64,000 nucleotides of DNA, from sequence record NC_048077.1; one strand, 5' to 3'. Both the position numbers and the translations under genes were made by a program. The notes beneath the pieces were generated by a model that saw only the letters and a program-made list of their open reading frames with translations, made no database searches and was not told where the DNA came from. Shown one piece after another: positions 18,419 through 27,784 of the stretch (positions are counted from its first letter, which is position 1; every line of letters begins with the position of its first letter).

Positions 18419-19129
18419 ATGCCTATCATGCGTAATTGGTTTCACTTTGCGGCAGTACATCGTGACAATATTCGTGATGTGCGTATCCAATTTGAAAGTG
18501 AATCGGAAACAGATCATAATGAAATGTATCAACACAAGATCGGTTCTCCGGTTGTGCTTGGTATAAATCAAGGCGATAAAAATATTTCCCATTTCATTGA
18601 TGCGACTATTCTTGCCGTGCGTTTCAGTGAAAGAGTCTGCTATGATATCGCGGTGCCGATTGGCAACTCAGGCGTTATGGCAGTGATGAAAATGATTTCC
18701 GGGAGTAACCTGCGTTCACCTGAAACTGCATACGAACCGGAACCAGCGCCCATTGAAAATAAAGTAAATCTCTCCATTGTGCCAAAAGAGCTTGTCGAAG
18801 TGGAAGATTTAAGTCCGGTTGCGTGTGAACGTTTTCCGGAAACTTATTTCGGCGAACAGGTTTCCGATATGCCTCCGCGAAAACATTGCGTGAAGGTGAA
18901 GAGTTTAAAAATTTCTGGCACGATGCAGTCAGAAGAAAACCATTTTCAAATCGGAGACGAAGTTATTATTCCTAACTCTCCAAATTCCATGCGTGGATTA
19001 ATCTACGCTATCAACGTTAGTCAGCATTTCTCGTATGACATTGCAGTGCCTACGTGTGACGGCTACTATGCAATCCATCGCGATATTGATGCTGAATATA
19101 TTGAAGCTAACCCGGCTAAGGAAGAATAA
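18419..19129 (+). CDS. hypothetical protein with two internal SH3-like repeats
   Basis: HKIGSPV...AVRFSERVCYDIAVP and FQIGDEV...AINVSQHFSYDIAVP. Confidence 0.65.
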   Translation: MPIMRNWFHFAAVHRDNIRDVRIQFESESETDHNEMYQHKIGSPVVLGINQGDKNISHFIDATILAVRFSERVCYDIAVPIGNSGVMAVMKMISGSNLRSPETAYEPEPAPIENKVNLSIVPKELVEVEDLSPVACERFPETYFGEQVSDMPPRKHCVKVKSLKISGTMQSEENHFQIGDEVIIPNSPNSMRGLIYAINVSQHFSYDIAVPTCDGYYAIHRDIDAEYIEANPAKEE

Positions 19130-19776
19130 TGTTTAAATATCCGTTTAAAATTTTAGGTGTTGAAGCTATTGGCACTCAAGGACGCGCTGAAATCTACACC
19201 GAAAGTTTAGTTCCGGCTATCGGTTCCATTGTTCCGCTTGACCTGCATCCTTTTGCGCAGCACGGCCTTTGGTTCGTTACAGGTTGTGAAAATGGTGCGA
19301 TTCAAATCGCAACTTATCGTATTCAGATTGACGATCCGTTTGCTCTGGTGAAATTTATCAACTCTGGTTTAGTGCAAAACAAAGACGCTGATAATCGCAG
19401 AGTAATGATCAGCAAGTTCACACACGAATTCGTAAATGAATTGGCGCGTGCTGAAAAGAAATTCCCGAATTGGAACAAAGACGCCGTTTATGCAGCAAGC
19501 ATTATGGGCGAAGAGAGCGGAGAAACTTTGCAGGCTGCGCTGGACTACCAGCAAGCGCCAGCGCATAGCGATGAACTGAAAGCGAAGATTCTTTTAGAGG
19601 CGATTCAAACGGGCGCAATGGCGTTACGCCTTCTGATCAACGGCGATAGTTTTGAGCATGACAGCAAATCGTTCTCGGTTGCCGAAGTCGATTCAATCCG
19701 CAAAATGTTGGAACTGCAACTCGATCCTGCGGAGATTGTTTCGTTCATCAAAGATTTGATTCAGGAAAAAGGATGA
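19129..19776 (+). CDS. protein with C-terminal MazG-like (all-alpha NTP pyrophosphatase) domain
   Basis: ELARAEKKFP...IMGEESGETLQA...LLEAIQTGAMALR (EExxE plus a downstream E). Confidence 0.55.
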   Translation: MFKYPFKILGVEAIGTQGRAEIYTESLVPAIGSIVPLDLHPFAQHGLWFVTGCENGAIQIATYRIQIDDPFALVKFINSGLVQNKDADNRRVMISKFTHEFVNELARAEKKFPNWNKDAVYAASIMGEESGETLQAALDYQQAPAHSDELKAKILLEAIQTGAMALRLLINGDSFEHDSKSFSVAEVDSIRKMLELQLDPAEIVSFIKDLIQEKG

Positions 19777-20024
19777 TTCCATATAATGAAACTGCGGCGC
19801 AAATTTCTTTTTATGTTATTTTTTATAGCATACTTCTGTCTCTTAGCGCTGCTTTATCGTGGTGCGTATGTCGAGTATATAAAGTGATGCACGCTCACTT
19901 GAAAATATTCGCAGATTGTACGGACAGAGAGGCGCATATCGTTTTGGCAGCAACACTGGCAACATCTACGTGGTTGGTCAATCTTCCTATTAAACTTTTG
20001 CTTTTTGTACTCACGCTAATTTGA
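19773..20024 (+). CDS. small membrane protein
   Basis: Two hydrophobic segments. Confidence 0.55.
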   Translation: MIPYNETAAQISFYVIFYSILLSLSAALSWCVCRVYKVMHAHLKIFADCTDREAHIVLAATLATSTWLVNLPIKLLLFVLTLI

Positions 20025-20052
20025 AAGGGAATAATATTAGCGCGAGGTAGAC

Positions 20053-20364
20053 ATGTTCAAACCATTTAGATTTTTCGGACAGGAGAGAGCGCCGTCTAAT
20101 GGGTTTTATCACATACGAAATTTCGTGCGAGATATTCCCGTTGACGCTGGACTCGAAGAGATTGAATTCGATTTCACTCCGGTAGAAATGAAAGCAATGT
20201 ATCGCCCATCGTTGGCGCTCGAAGTTTATGACGTTGATGATGAGATTGAAATAACTTCTATCGGAGTCCTCGGAAGCAAGTTGCTTGTCCGTTTGCAGAG
20301 ACGCACTGGAAAAATTGCTCACATCAAAGCAGTATGGGAAGAGAGGTATCTTTATGACTCTTAA
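20053..20364 (+). CDS. hypothetical protein
   Basis: GAGG RBS. Confidence 0.65.
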   Translation: MFKPFRFFGQERAPSNGFYHIRNFVRDIPVDAGLEEIEFDFTPVEMKAMYRPSLALEVYDVDDEIEITSIGVLGSKLLVRLQRRTGKIAHIKAVWEERYLYDS

Positions 20365-20758
20365 TTCCGGAATGCTGGTTGAGGATTACACTGGAACTTA
20401 TCTCGTGCTGCGCGGCATTCCTCCGCGTGAAGGTTGTGTTGTAGAAACCGAAGACGTGCCTTATATAAAGCTATCGTCTTCTGGTCGTGGTTATATTCTG
20501 GAATACATTTATGTTCCGGAAAGAATGAGAGGACATAAACTTTCGTTGTCCTTGCTGGAAGTTTTGTTTGAATATCAGGAGAAGAATAAAATCGACTTCC
20601 TGAAATTCGAATGTATTTGCAAACCCTTCTGGCGAAAAGTTTCGGCGAAGTTTCCGAAGCGTATTTTCTTCCCTCCAACTGTACTGCAAAAAACTAATGT
20701 CGCTGTTGTGCGCCTGCCACACATAAGACCCTCCGCAATCAAGATTGGAAAACTGTAA
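20354..20758 (+). CDS. GNAT-fold acetyltransferase-like protein
   Basis: LEYIYVPERMRGHKLSLSLL resembles GNAT motif A (V.P..RG.G); GAGAGG RBS before ATG 20354. Confidence 0.55.
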   Translation: MTLNSGMLVEDYTGTYLVLRGIPPREGCVVETEDVPYIKLSSSGRGYILEYIYVPERMRGHKLSLSLLEVLFEYQEKNKIDFLKFECICKPFWRKVSAKFPKRIFFPPTVLQKTNVAVVRLPHIRPSAIKIGKL

Positions 20759-20784
20759 ATATAAGGGGAAAGGATATCCCCTTA
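20753..20784 (+). promoter_or_regulatory. CTGTAAATA motif + hairpin (cassette 2)
   Basis: CTGTAAATA at 20753-20761 contains the upstream stop; TAAGGGGA-7nt-TCCCCTTA; no T-run. Confidence 0.6.
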
Positions 20785-20803
20785 ACTTACTGAGAGGCCA
20801 ATC

Positions 20804-21508
20804 ATGAAAACTCTTACTCCCGTCATTTCCTGCCAATGGTTCCATAACGGAGATTTCCCCGGCGAAAATCCCGACTTTGAAGGAACGGTTGTGCGCTATT
20901 TCCGCCATCCAAATCATCCCGGCGATTCTATTTGTCCACACTGCAATAACAAATTTCACGATCATGGTTTTGTAGACCGTTCGGAATCAATGGTTGTTTG
21001 TCCGGGCGATGTTCTTTTCAGTTTCTACGCCAACGATGTGATAGAAAATCTCGGAAAAATCAGCGCTAAGACTTATAAAGAAATCTTCGGCGCAGAAGCA
21101 TTATTCCGGGCGCAACAACACAATCGCTCGTTTTCTTCCGGCGATACAGCCGAAGAAATTTTCCGTCGCAAGTTCTCTCTAGAGTACGCGCCGCAAATCC
21201 GTTCATACCTGAATGCTAAACTGGCTGAACACTGCAAACAGCATACGCAGTTGAAACTTGCTCCTCCGTATCCTCCACGCAATTTGAATACGCTGGAGTG
21301 GCACGTTAACCGCCTGAACGAAGCTATCGTGGAATACTGGACGCTGATTGCTTCTGAGTATCGCACAAACAATTCGCTTTCTTCTCGTGTTATGTGCGTC
21401 TGGAATTCTCCACTGATCAGAGAATTGCAGAATGACCTCAAGCCTCTTGATCTCAAACTTTTCGCAGAGGAAGAATTTAATGAACGATTCCCCAATTGGA
21501 AAAATTGA
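20804..21508 (+). CDS. hypothetical protein with a CxxC/His cluster
   Basis: GAGG RBS; ICPHCNNKFHDHG...VVCPGD. Confidence 0.7.
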   Translation: MKTLTPVISCQWFHNGDFPGENPDFEGTVVRYFRHPNHPGDSICPHCNNKFHDHGFVDRSESMVVCPGDVLFSFYANDVIENLGKISAKTYKEIFGAEALFRAQQHNRSFSSGDTAEEIFRRKFSLEYAPQIRSYLNAKLAEHCKQHTQLKLAPPYPPRNLNTLEWHVNRLNEAIVEYWTLIASEYRTNNSLSSRVMCVWNSPLIRELQNDLKPLDLKLFAEEEFNERFPNWKN

Positions 21509-21950
21509 TTTTGAAGCTAATCCTTCTATCACGCAGGTAGAAGCGTTCTTAGAACACTACAACTGGATTAGCTACAACGGTATTATGCGCGTTAAGAACA
21601 ACGGCAAACTGTTAGTCTGGTCGGTTGATATCCGCAACCTGTACAACATTTTCCCGCGCTATGTCGAAGCATATAACAGCGAAGGCGAGCGCGTAAAGGC
21701 ATTGCGCCTTGTTCTGCATTTTGAATACCGCGAAATGCAAACGGCTATCTATCCTGCTGATGATATTCTTTGGAAGGATATTCTATGCGCATTTATTTTC
21801 CTGCGCGATTACTATCAGAAAATCGAAAGCAGTGCTGAATATTCTCCTTCGATTTTCTATGTCCAACCGAAAGCAACCTACGACGATAGTGTTTTCAAAA
21901 ACATCGACGTTAACTCACCTCACAAGTGGAGCGTAATTGAAAATGAGTGA
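21480..21950 (+). CDS. hypothetical protein
   Basis: GAGG RBS before ATG 21480. Confidence 0.65.
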   Translation: MNDSPIGKIDFEANPSITQVEAFLEHYNWISYNGIMRVKNNGKLLVWSVDIRNLYNIFPRYVEAYNSEGERVKALRLVLHFEYREMQTAIYPADDILWKDILCAFIFLRDYYQKIESSAEYSPSIFYVQPKATYDDSVFKNIDVNSPHKWSVIENE

Positions 21951-22902
21951 TAACTCTCGCGACATGATTGATCTTCCGGAAATCTATTTCTCCCCTGAAT
22001 GGCGTGAAGCCAATCCGGATACCGATCCTATGCAAGCTATTCCTAAGCAGTATCGCGATGTGCTGTTAGAAAAACAGGATCGCCACGTTACGATCATTCG
22101 CCCTATCGACGAAGACACCGAAAGCAATAACATGTTTACGTGCGCAATGGATCTTCCGATCCCGCCTAATGTTTTGCGCAGCGTTATCGAAGGGCATATG
22201 TCGCTAGAAGTTTTCTGCACTAAAAAACAACTGGTGTTGGTAGGCAACAAACATTTCGACACGGTTGATTTGTTTCGTTTCTACGGCTGGCGCGATAAAG
22301 CCAAAGAGATTCTTGCGCCGCTGTATGTCGATCTTTGGCAACAACTCAAAAAGATTCCTGACATGGAATTCTACGTCGATCATGCTGAGGGAATTTTGGT
22401 TCGCAAAGGCGGCGTTGATCTGAGTGGTTTCTACACTCCGTTTGAATTGGTTTCTCGCGCTATCGCTGCGCACGCCATTCACGAAAAAGTAGTGATGCAA
22501 ATTTCCAAAGTGAACAGCGCCGAAGGTGAAACGGAAATTGTTGTTCCGGAAATCACCGGGAACGTCACTTACGAAGATATGGCTGCGGAATTCAACAAAC
22601 GTTTGAAACCGTTGCAGCCTCTCTACGAACAGAACGGAATTTTCACTGCGTTCTTTGCGCGTAGCAGTACGCACGATGGAATTGACATTGTTTCGGTTCT
22701 GCCTAATGGCATGGGCGGTTATGTCAATCTGTCACTTACCCTGAGTCTGTATCTGTACGGTAACAATCTGATGCAGCCTAAGTTTAAACAAGAAGGCGAT
22801 ATGTTTATGGTTAGCTGCGAAGATACCGACGCTTTCGTTGCTGCCGATGTTGCCGCGTGGATCAATTTTGAGGAAATGGAAAGTGAATATAATCTCTGCT
22901 GA
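21943..22902 (+). CDS. hypothetical protein
   Basis: About 320 aa; phage-typical codon usage. Confidence 0.7.
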   Translation: MSDNSRDMIDLPEIYFSPEWREANPDTDPMQAIPKQYRDVLLEKQDRHVTIIRPIDEDTESNNMFTCAMDLPIPPNVLRSVIEGHMSLEVFCTKKQLVLVGNKHFDTVDLFRFYGWRDKAKEILAPLYVDLWQQLKKIPDMEFYVDHAEGILVRKGGVDLSGFYTPFELVSRAIAAHAIHEKVVMQISKVNSAEGETEIVVPEITGNVTYEDMAAEFNKRLKPLQPLYEQNGIFTAFFARSSTHDGIDIVSVLPNGMGGYVNLSLTLSLYLYGNNLMQPKFKQEGDMFMVSCEDTDAFVAADVAAWINFEEMESEYNLC

Positions 22903-23746
22903 TAGCAGTGCGAAACTCGGTCTTTGGATCGTCGTTGAGCCAGAAGAAAACGAAGTGATCATGGAAGGAACTTTCGAGCATACCTATGTCGGAAAAATTC
23001 TTCTGGAAAACACAACGATCAAAAAAGTCGGCGAACAGTATCATATCACGTATGAAGATGTGAGTCTGCCCGGTCATACGGAAGTGTACGATCATGTGGC
23101 GATGTTCCATGCGCACGCGCTTTCTCCTTATTTCGAAAACATCAACGCAGTTGAGCACGGTTGTCTGCCGTCTGATTTTCCTGCGCCGATGATCAAGAAG
23201 ATGCAGGAAGCGATCAAAGATAAAGGCCAGACACTGACTGCTAACGAACTGTTCGGAAAACTTACGATCAACATCTTCGAAAAAGAAGAATTGGTTGCTA
23301 CGTTTGAAGCGCCAACGGCTGAGGCGTATCTGGATTATCTCGTTAGCGGATTGCCTCGCGCAAAGAATTTCTACGATCACCGTGCGAAAACGTTCGGACA
23401 TTACGGCAATGACAAAACCGAAGCCTATGTGGAACAGCTTAACGATAAACTGAGCGCTGCGGCTAACGCGGTCGGTGTTCCTGTTTCGTATGCGTTCTTT
23501 GATGCCAATGCTTTGCATTTCGTTGTCGGTTTCCGCAATGGGCGATCTACTGTTCAGAGCTATCCGGGCTGCATTCTGAACTTTCTCGAAGAGAATCAGA
23601 TTGAAGTTCCTTTCGAAGTGATTACGGAAGAAAATTCATTTGCATTTGGTAGTGGTATTGAGAAAGTTCTTCCGGCGCATATTCTGCACACCATGCGCAA
23701 TCTGAACAAATGGCCTATTTTGCAACTGATCGGTAAAGTTAGGTAA
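22883..23746 (+). CDS. hypothetical protein (start uncertain)
   Basis: GAGGA upstream of GTG 22883; alternative ATG at 22961. Confidence 0.65.
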   Translation: MNIISADSSAKLGLWIVVEPEENEVIMEGTFEHTYVGKILLENTTIKKVGEQYHITYEDVSLPGHTEVYDHVAMFHAHALSPYFENINAVEHGCLPSDFPAPMIKKMQEAIKDKGQTLTANELFGKLTINIFEKEELVATFEAPTAEAYLDYLVSGLPRAKNFYDHRAKTFGHYGNDKTEAYVEQLNDKLSAAANAVGVPVSYAFFDANALHFVVGFRNGRSTVQSYPGCILNFLEENQIEVPFEVITEENSFAFGSGIEKVLPAHILHTMRNLNKWPILQLIGKVR

Positions 23747-23747
23747 T

Positions 23748-23785
23748 CTGTAAATAAGGGATGTGAAGTGCATCCCTTTTGTTTT
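23748..23785 (+). promoter_or_regulatory. CTGTAAATA motif + terminator hairpin (cassette 3)
   Basis: CTGTAAATA at 23748-23756; AAGGGATG-7nt-CATCCCTT then TTGTTTT. Confidence 0.65.
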
Positions 23786-23795
23786 GGAGGAAAGA

Positions 23796-24131
23796 ATGTT
23801 AGTGATTGATAAGCGCACGCCTGCGAATATCGAATACCGGGAGCTTTCAATAAGTGGGCTTGTCGGTACGCGGCTTGTTTCTTTGCTTGGGACAAGTATT
23901 TTTGCGGAACTGGCGCACGAAAACATTCAAGCAGAACTGGAATTCTATTTGAATGCTTGGGACATTCCTAATCAGGCAGAACTGCATCAATTTACTGGCG
24001 AAACTTCTGACGCTGCGTTGGAGCTAACGAAGTTCTGCGAAGGTAAAAAGCGTGTTGCTGTTTGCCGCGATTGGATGAATCTTACTATTCATATGGCGGA
24101 TATCTCTAATGTTGAACAAACGTCTAACTGA
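23796..24131 (+). CDS. hypothetical protein
   Basis: GGAGG RBS. Confidence 0.7.
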   Translation: MLVIDKRTPANIEYRELSISGLVGTRLVSLLGTSIFAELAHENIQAELEFYLNAWDIPNQAELHQFTGETSDAALELTKFCEGKKRVAVCRDWMNLTIHMADISNVEQTSN

Positions 24132-24396
24132 ATTGGAAGCAATTCTTAAAACTATTAAAATAGACGAAGCGGCAGTTAATGGCGCATTGGATAAAATCAA
24201 ACAGATTCGTGAAGAAGAAAATGAAGTGCCAAAAGTATTCACGGTGAAACATTACGTGTCTGATGAGCATCCATCACTGCGGGGAATAGGAGTAGATATT
24301 TTTGTTGCGGAGGATCGCGATGAAGTTGAAGAATTTGCTGCTGACCTTAACCGCTTACTGGCGAGAATTCCTCCTCACAAAAATTCGCAGGGTTGA
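24109..24396 (+). CDS. hypothetical protein
   Basis: Tiles the operon. Confidence 0.6.
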   Translation: MLNKRLTELEAILKTIKIDEAAVNGALDKIKQIREEENEVPKVFTVKHYVSDEHPSLRGIGVDIFVAEDRDEVEEFAADLNRLLARIPPHKNSQG

Positions 24397-24748
24397 GTTT
24401 CGCCGTGCGAAGTTTCGCGAAGTCGCTGACGCTTTCTTGCTGTATGAGTCGTTAAGAAATTTCGATGATCTGTATAGCGTGTGGGATTACGGCACGGTGT
24501 ATGCTGCATTCCACAAAAGTATTCTGATTGGCTACATGTCCATTTCTGACGATGAGCTGATCAGTTTTTATGTTTGCCCTGAGTGGCGAAATAAAGGCTT
24601 GGGAAATGCCTTATTGGAGAGATACTCTCCGCTTGTATCACATGTTATGGTGTGGCGTGATAATAAAAAAGCATTCCACCTATACAATAAATATGGTTTT
24701 CGAAAAGAAATCCACTCCACTGAAACAGTTGTTGTGTTAGGAAAATAA
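24302..24748 (+). CDS. GNAT (RimI-like) acetyltransferase (start uncertain)
   Basis: FYVCPEWRNKGLGNALL and V..DN..A..LY.KYGF motifs. Confidence 0.8.
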   Translation: MLRRIAMKLKNLLLTLTAYWREFLLTKIRRVEFRRAKFREVADAFLLYESLRNFDDLYSVWDYGTVYAAFHKSILIGYMSISDDELISFYVCPEWRNKGLGNALLERYSPLVSHVMVWRDNKKAFHLYNKYGFRKEIHSTETVVVLGK

Positions 24749-24750
24749 TA

Positions 24751-24906
24751 ATGGATATGTTAACCGCGTTCGTTTTCTTTATCATGATTATCCTTATGCT
24801 GATAGTCGGCGCAGTTACAGTGTTGTTGTTCGCAATCAAAAATTTCCCAATTATTTCGGCTATCGTTGTTGCAGCGGTAGTCGTCTATTTCATCAAACGC
24901 AAATGA
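24751..24906 (+). CDS. 51-aa two-pass membrane protein (not in the ORF track)
   Basis: MDMLTAFVFFIMIILMLIVGAVTVLLFAIKNFPIISAIVVAAVVVYFIKRK; AGGA RBS. Confidence 0.6.
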   Translation: MDMLTAFVFFIMIILMLIVGAVTVLLFAIKNFPIISAIVVAAVVVYFIKRK

Positions 24907-24913
24907 GGAAAGA

Positions 24914-25327
24914 ATGACTACAATTTATTACGGCGAACGAATTCAGCAAGCAGTAGATGGCAATAAAACTGACGTGCCGTTTGTTACAGTCTCGCTTGAT
25001 ACTGAAACTCCTAATCCGGAAGAAGTTGCGATCACTCACCGCCTTCTTATTCTCGGTGCCATTGGCGCAATTCTCGTTACGGAAACTTTGGAAGAACTTT
25101 ATATTCCTATCCAACTGGACGAGATCAATAACGTGTTTCTGGAAGAACAGTGGCACTCTCTGCGCAGAAGTCATCCGGTTAAAACAGTTAAATTCCGCGA
25201 TGAGAACGACAACACGGGCTACGGCAAGCTGGCGCAGGAACTTCAAAAATATCGCCGCGCTGGTTTGATGATCATGAAAACCGATGTAGGCGCGACTGCT
25301 GAAATTGTGGAGATTGAATTATTATGA
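24914..25327 (+). CDS. hypothetical protein
   Basis: GAGGA RBS. Confidence 0.7.
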   Translation: MTTIYYGERIQQAVDGNKTDVPFVTVSLDTETPNPEEVAITHRLLILGAIGAILVTETLEELYIPIQLDEINNVFLEEQWHSLRRSHPVKTVKFRDENDNTGYGKLAQELQKYRRAGLMIMKTDVGATAEIVEIELL

Positions 25328-26043
25328 CAAGTGAGCAAATCAATGCGGCTGTTGCTAAAACATTGGATATGTTTCGCAGCCTAAGCGAACATGCCAAAGA
25401 ACAAAATCTGTTTCTCGATTTTGAACAAAGCGGTGCAGTTGTGCATTACCCGAAACGGATCATCAATTCTCGCCAGACGTATTCTTTGTACGATCTGATA
25501 AGCATGGCGATGATCGCTGTCGTCGCTGATAAAAAGTTTTCAGTGTGCATTAACGCAACGGCTGGTGAAAATTTTCTACAGCCTTTCGTAGAATTCGAAG
25601 GCACTGAGCCGAAGCTGGATGATGTTTTTGTGGCATTGAATGACTCGCTGGATAAATTCATCGCTGACAATCCTATCGATGGGCTGAAATGCGGCTGGCG
25701 CTATGCACCTGATCCGGGCATTAACGATGATCGTTCCAGTGCGCCGTTCGCACTTCTTAGCAATATTTATGCTAATGGTGCGTTTACGGATATCCGATTC
25801 ACTCGCGATTTTCTTTTCTTCTTTGTTCTGTCGGATGCTATTCGCTATTCCGAAAAACATCGTGTGCGCGAAGGCAGTACCGAAAGTTATTCGTACATCG
25901 GATTGCCTGATGAATTACATTCCGGATATCACGAAGCAATGAAAGAAATTCTTGAGAAAGTGCAGAAAGCTATTCTCGAAGATGCTTTCAAAAAGCAGTA
26001 TTCGGTTCAGCCTAAAACAGAGGTGCGCTCCGATGTTCAGTGA
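25324..26043 (+). CDS. hypothetical protein
   Basis: ATGA overlap. Confidence 0.7.
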   Translation: MTSEQINAAVAKTLDMFRSLSEHAKEQNLFLDFEQSGAVVHYPKRIINSRQTYSLYDLISMAMIAVVADKKFSVCINATAGENFLQPFVEFEGTEPKLDDVFVALNDSLDKFIADNPIDGLKCGWRYAPDPGINDDRSSAPFALLSNIYANGAFTDIRFTRDFLFFFVLSDAIRYSEKHRVREGSTESYSYIGLPDELHSGYHEAMKEILEKVQKAILEDAFKKQYSVQPKTEVRSDVQ

Positions 26044-26344
26044 AAATAAAGAACTCGAAAGAATCATGGTTCGCATGGCTGAACGTTTTGATTCTTTTTA
26101 TCACCGCCTGTACTGTCTGAAACTCGAAAAAGGAATGGAAGCAGAATTACGTGGGCCGACTGCCTGCTGTCCAAAATCCGGATCGGATGCGGATATGCTG
26201 GAAGAGATTCTGCGTTTTCAAAATAAAATCATCACGACGATTGCGGAAATTCGCGCACTGCAATCTAATGACTCTGCAAAGAGTTACAGCCTTACCGCCA
26301 GTGATATTTATTTGGCGGTTCCACAACTGGAATGGATTGAATGA
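26033..26344 (+). CDS. hypothetical protein
   Basis: GAGG RBS before ATG 26033. Confidence 0.6.
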   Translation: MFSENKELERIMVRMAERFDSFYHRLYCLKLEKGMEAELRGPTACCPKSGSDADMLEEILRFQNKIITTIAEIRALQSNDSAKSYSLTASDIYLAVPQLEWIE

Positions 26345-26700
26345 AATCTTTAAAACTTATGTTCTGCCTTTTGTTTGTTTCCTGTTTCAGCTTCGGAAGC
26401 ACTATCGTAACTTCTGTTGGAAACAGTACATTTGTTTCGGATAGTAACGGAACAACGGTATACAACAAGGTGGGAAATCAGATTTACGGAAGCGATGGAA
26501 CATCTGTAAATAGGTATGGTAACACCACTATTCTGAATGACGGGCAAGGCAATTCCACCATCTACAATAAAGTTGGTAACAGCACGCTAGGCAGCGACGG
26601 CACGCTGATTCAGAATGTAGGCGGCAGCATTTTTATTACTGACGGCAACGGTAAAACAACTGTTTGCTCTCATGTAGGAAACTCAACCTTCTGCAATTAG
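26341..26700 (+). CDS. secreted beta-hairpin repeat protein
   Basis: Signal-peptide-like MKSLKLMFCLLFVSCFSFG; three repeats of about 33 aa built on VGN(S/T)T and SDG turns. Confidence 0.7.
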   Translation: MKSLKLMFCLLFVSCFSFGSTIVTSVGNSTFVSDSNGTTVYNKVGNQIYGSDGTSVNRYGNTTILNDGQGNSTIYNKVGNSTLGSDGTLIQNVGGSIFITDGNGKTTVCSHVGNSTFCN

Positions 26701-26708
26701 GAAAACCT

Positions 26709-27461
26709 ATGCGCCCGTTATTTGAATTGCGTCAAATGGAATCTTTGTTTTGGTATGCTGAAAATATTTTGCGAATCGCGCAGAAACTTCCGCTAATTCC
26801 TATGCCAAACTATCAGACGGAACAAAATTCTATTCTGAACGAAGAAGAGATTATTTCTCGAATTGAACAGATTAAAGGTTCGCTGTCGCGTCTTACGAAA
26901 CATACAGCGTTCTATACTCGAATTCAAAACGAGTGTTCGTTTCTTGAAATCGAACAGATAGATCTTAACTTCCAAAAAATTGACGCTATCGTTGCTGTGG
27001 TAGATCGTGCGATTGCAGAGAGGGGAAGAATCCTATCGATAAGTTCATCCACGTATCTTCTCAATCAAGAAGAAGTTATGCCACCACTAACGATAACTGA
27101 ATTCACAAGCAGTTATTCAATACAGGCGCATCGCAATATTTACCATCACGCGTTGCAAGCAGAAGCATTCGAGTGGATGTGTTGCTTGGATGCGTGTCTA
27201 TCGCATGGAAACTTAGGCGAGCTTTTACCAGAACCTCCGCAACCTGTCGGAGCGCCTAGCGGCAACCTCTACGATTACAACGATCAAATCTGTGCTTCAA
27301 TTTCGCAAAGAACCATGCGTGCATTGCACGAACGAACTACTTATATGGTTTCGACTTACGGATTAGAAGTCCTCTTCCCTTGCCTTGTTGATAACATTCG
27401 GATGCTTGATGAAGACGTTCAAGAGCGAATGGAGGAACGACGCAGAAATAAAGGAGACTGA
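26709..27461 (+). CDS. hypothetical protein
   Basis: AGGA RBS. Confidence 0.7.
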   Translation: MRPLFELRQMESLFWYAENILRIAQKLPLIPMPNYQTEQNSILNEEEIISRIEQIKGSLSRLTKHTAFYTRIQNECSFLEIEQIDLNFQKIDAIVAVVDRAIAERGRILSISSSTYLLNQEEVMPPLTITEFTSSYSIQAHRNIYHHALQAEAFEWMCCLDACLSHGNLGELLPEPPQPVGAPSGNLYDYNDQICASISQRTMRALHERTTYMVSTYGLEVLFPCLVDNIRMLDEDVQERMEERRRNKGD

Positions 27462-27462
27462 A

Positions 27463-27723
27463 ATGTTTTCGGGGAAAACTGTTTTTGAATTGAAGGCCAC
27501 GCACGGATTACCTCTCGATGTATCGGTTGATCGAATCATTGTTCAAAACAATATGGCAATCGACTGGCCTGAATTTATTCGCACCGCACGTAAAAATCTT
27601 CGTTGGGATTTTCAGACAATTTCAGATATTGAAAATGCTTTGATGGATGCCGACGTGGATCGTAACGTAGCAGCGGAAATTGTAACGCGCTGCAAACTAT
27701 GGGTGATGCAAAACCCAATTTAA
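27463..27723 (+). CDS. hypothetical protein
   Basis: AAGGAG RBS. The opening motif VFELKATHGLPLDV recalls the F.L..T.G.P.D helix of alanyl-tRNA synthetase (weak). Confidence 0.6.
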   Translation: MFSGKTVFELKATHGLPLDVSVDRIIVQNNMAIDWPEFIRTARKNLRWDFQTISDIENALMDADVDRNVAAEIVTRCKLWVMQNPI

Positions 27724-27784
27724 TAAAGCCAATAGTGCTATAGTTCAAAAGTTCTATAGCCTACTTCCTAAAAGGAACGAAGTC

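Noticed and set aside
26504-26512. CTGTAAATA copy inside the beta-repeat gene
   Set aside because: Intragenic with no following hairpin; could be chance or an internal promoter, so not counted as a cassette.
27737-27760. Hairpin GCTATAG-N10-CTATAGC
   Set aside because: Only a 7-bp stem with no T-run; insufficient to call a terminator.
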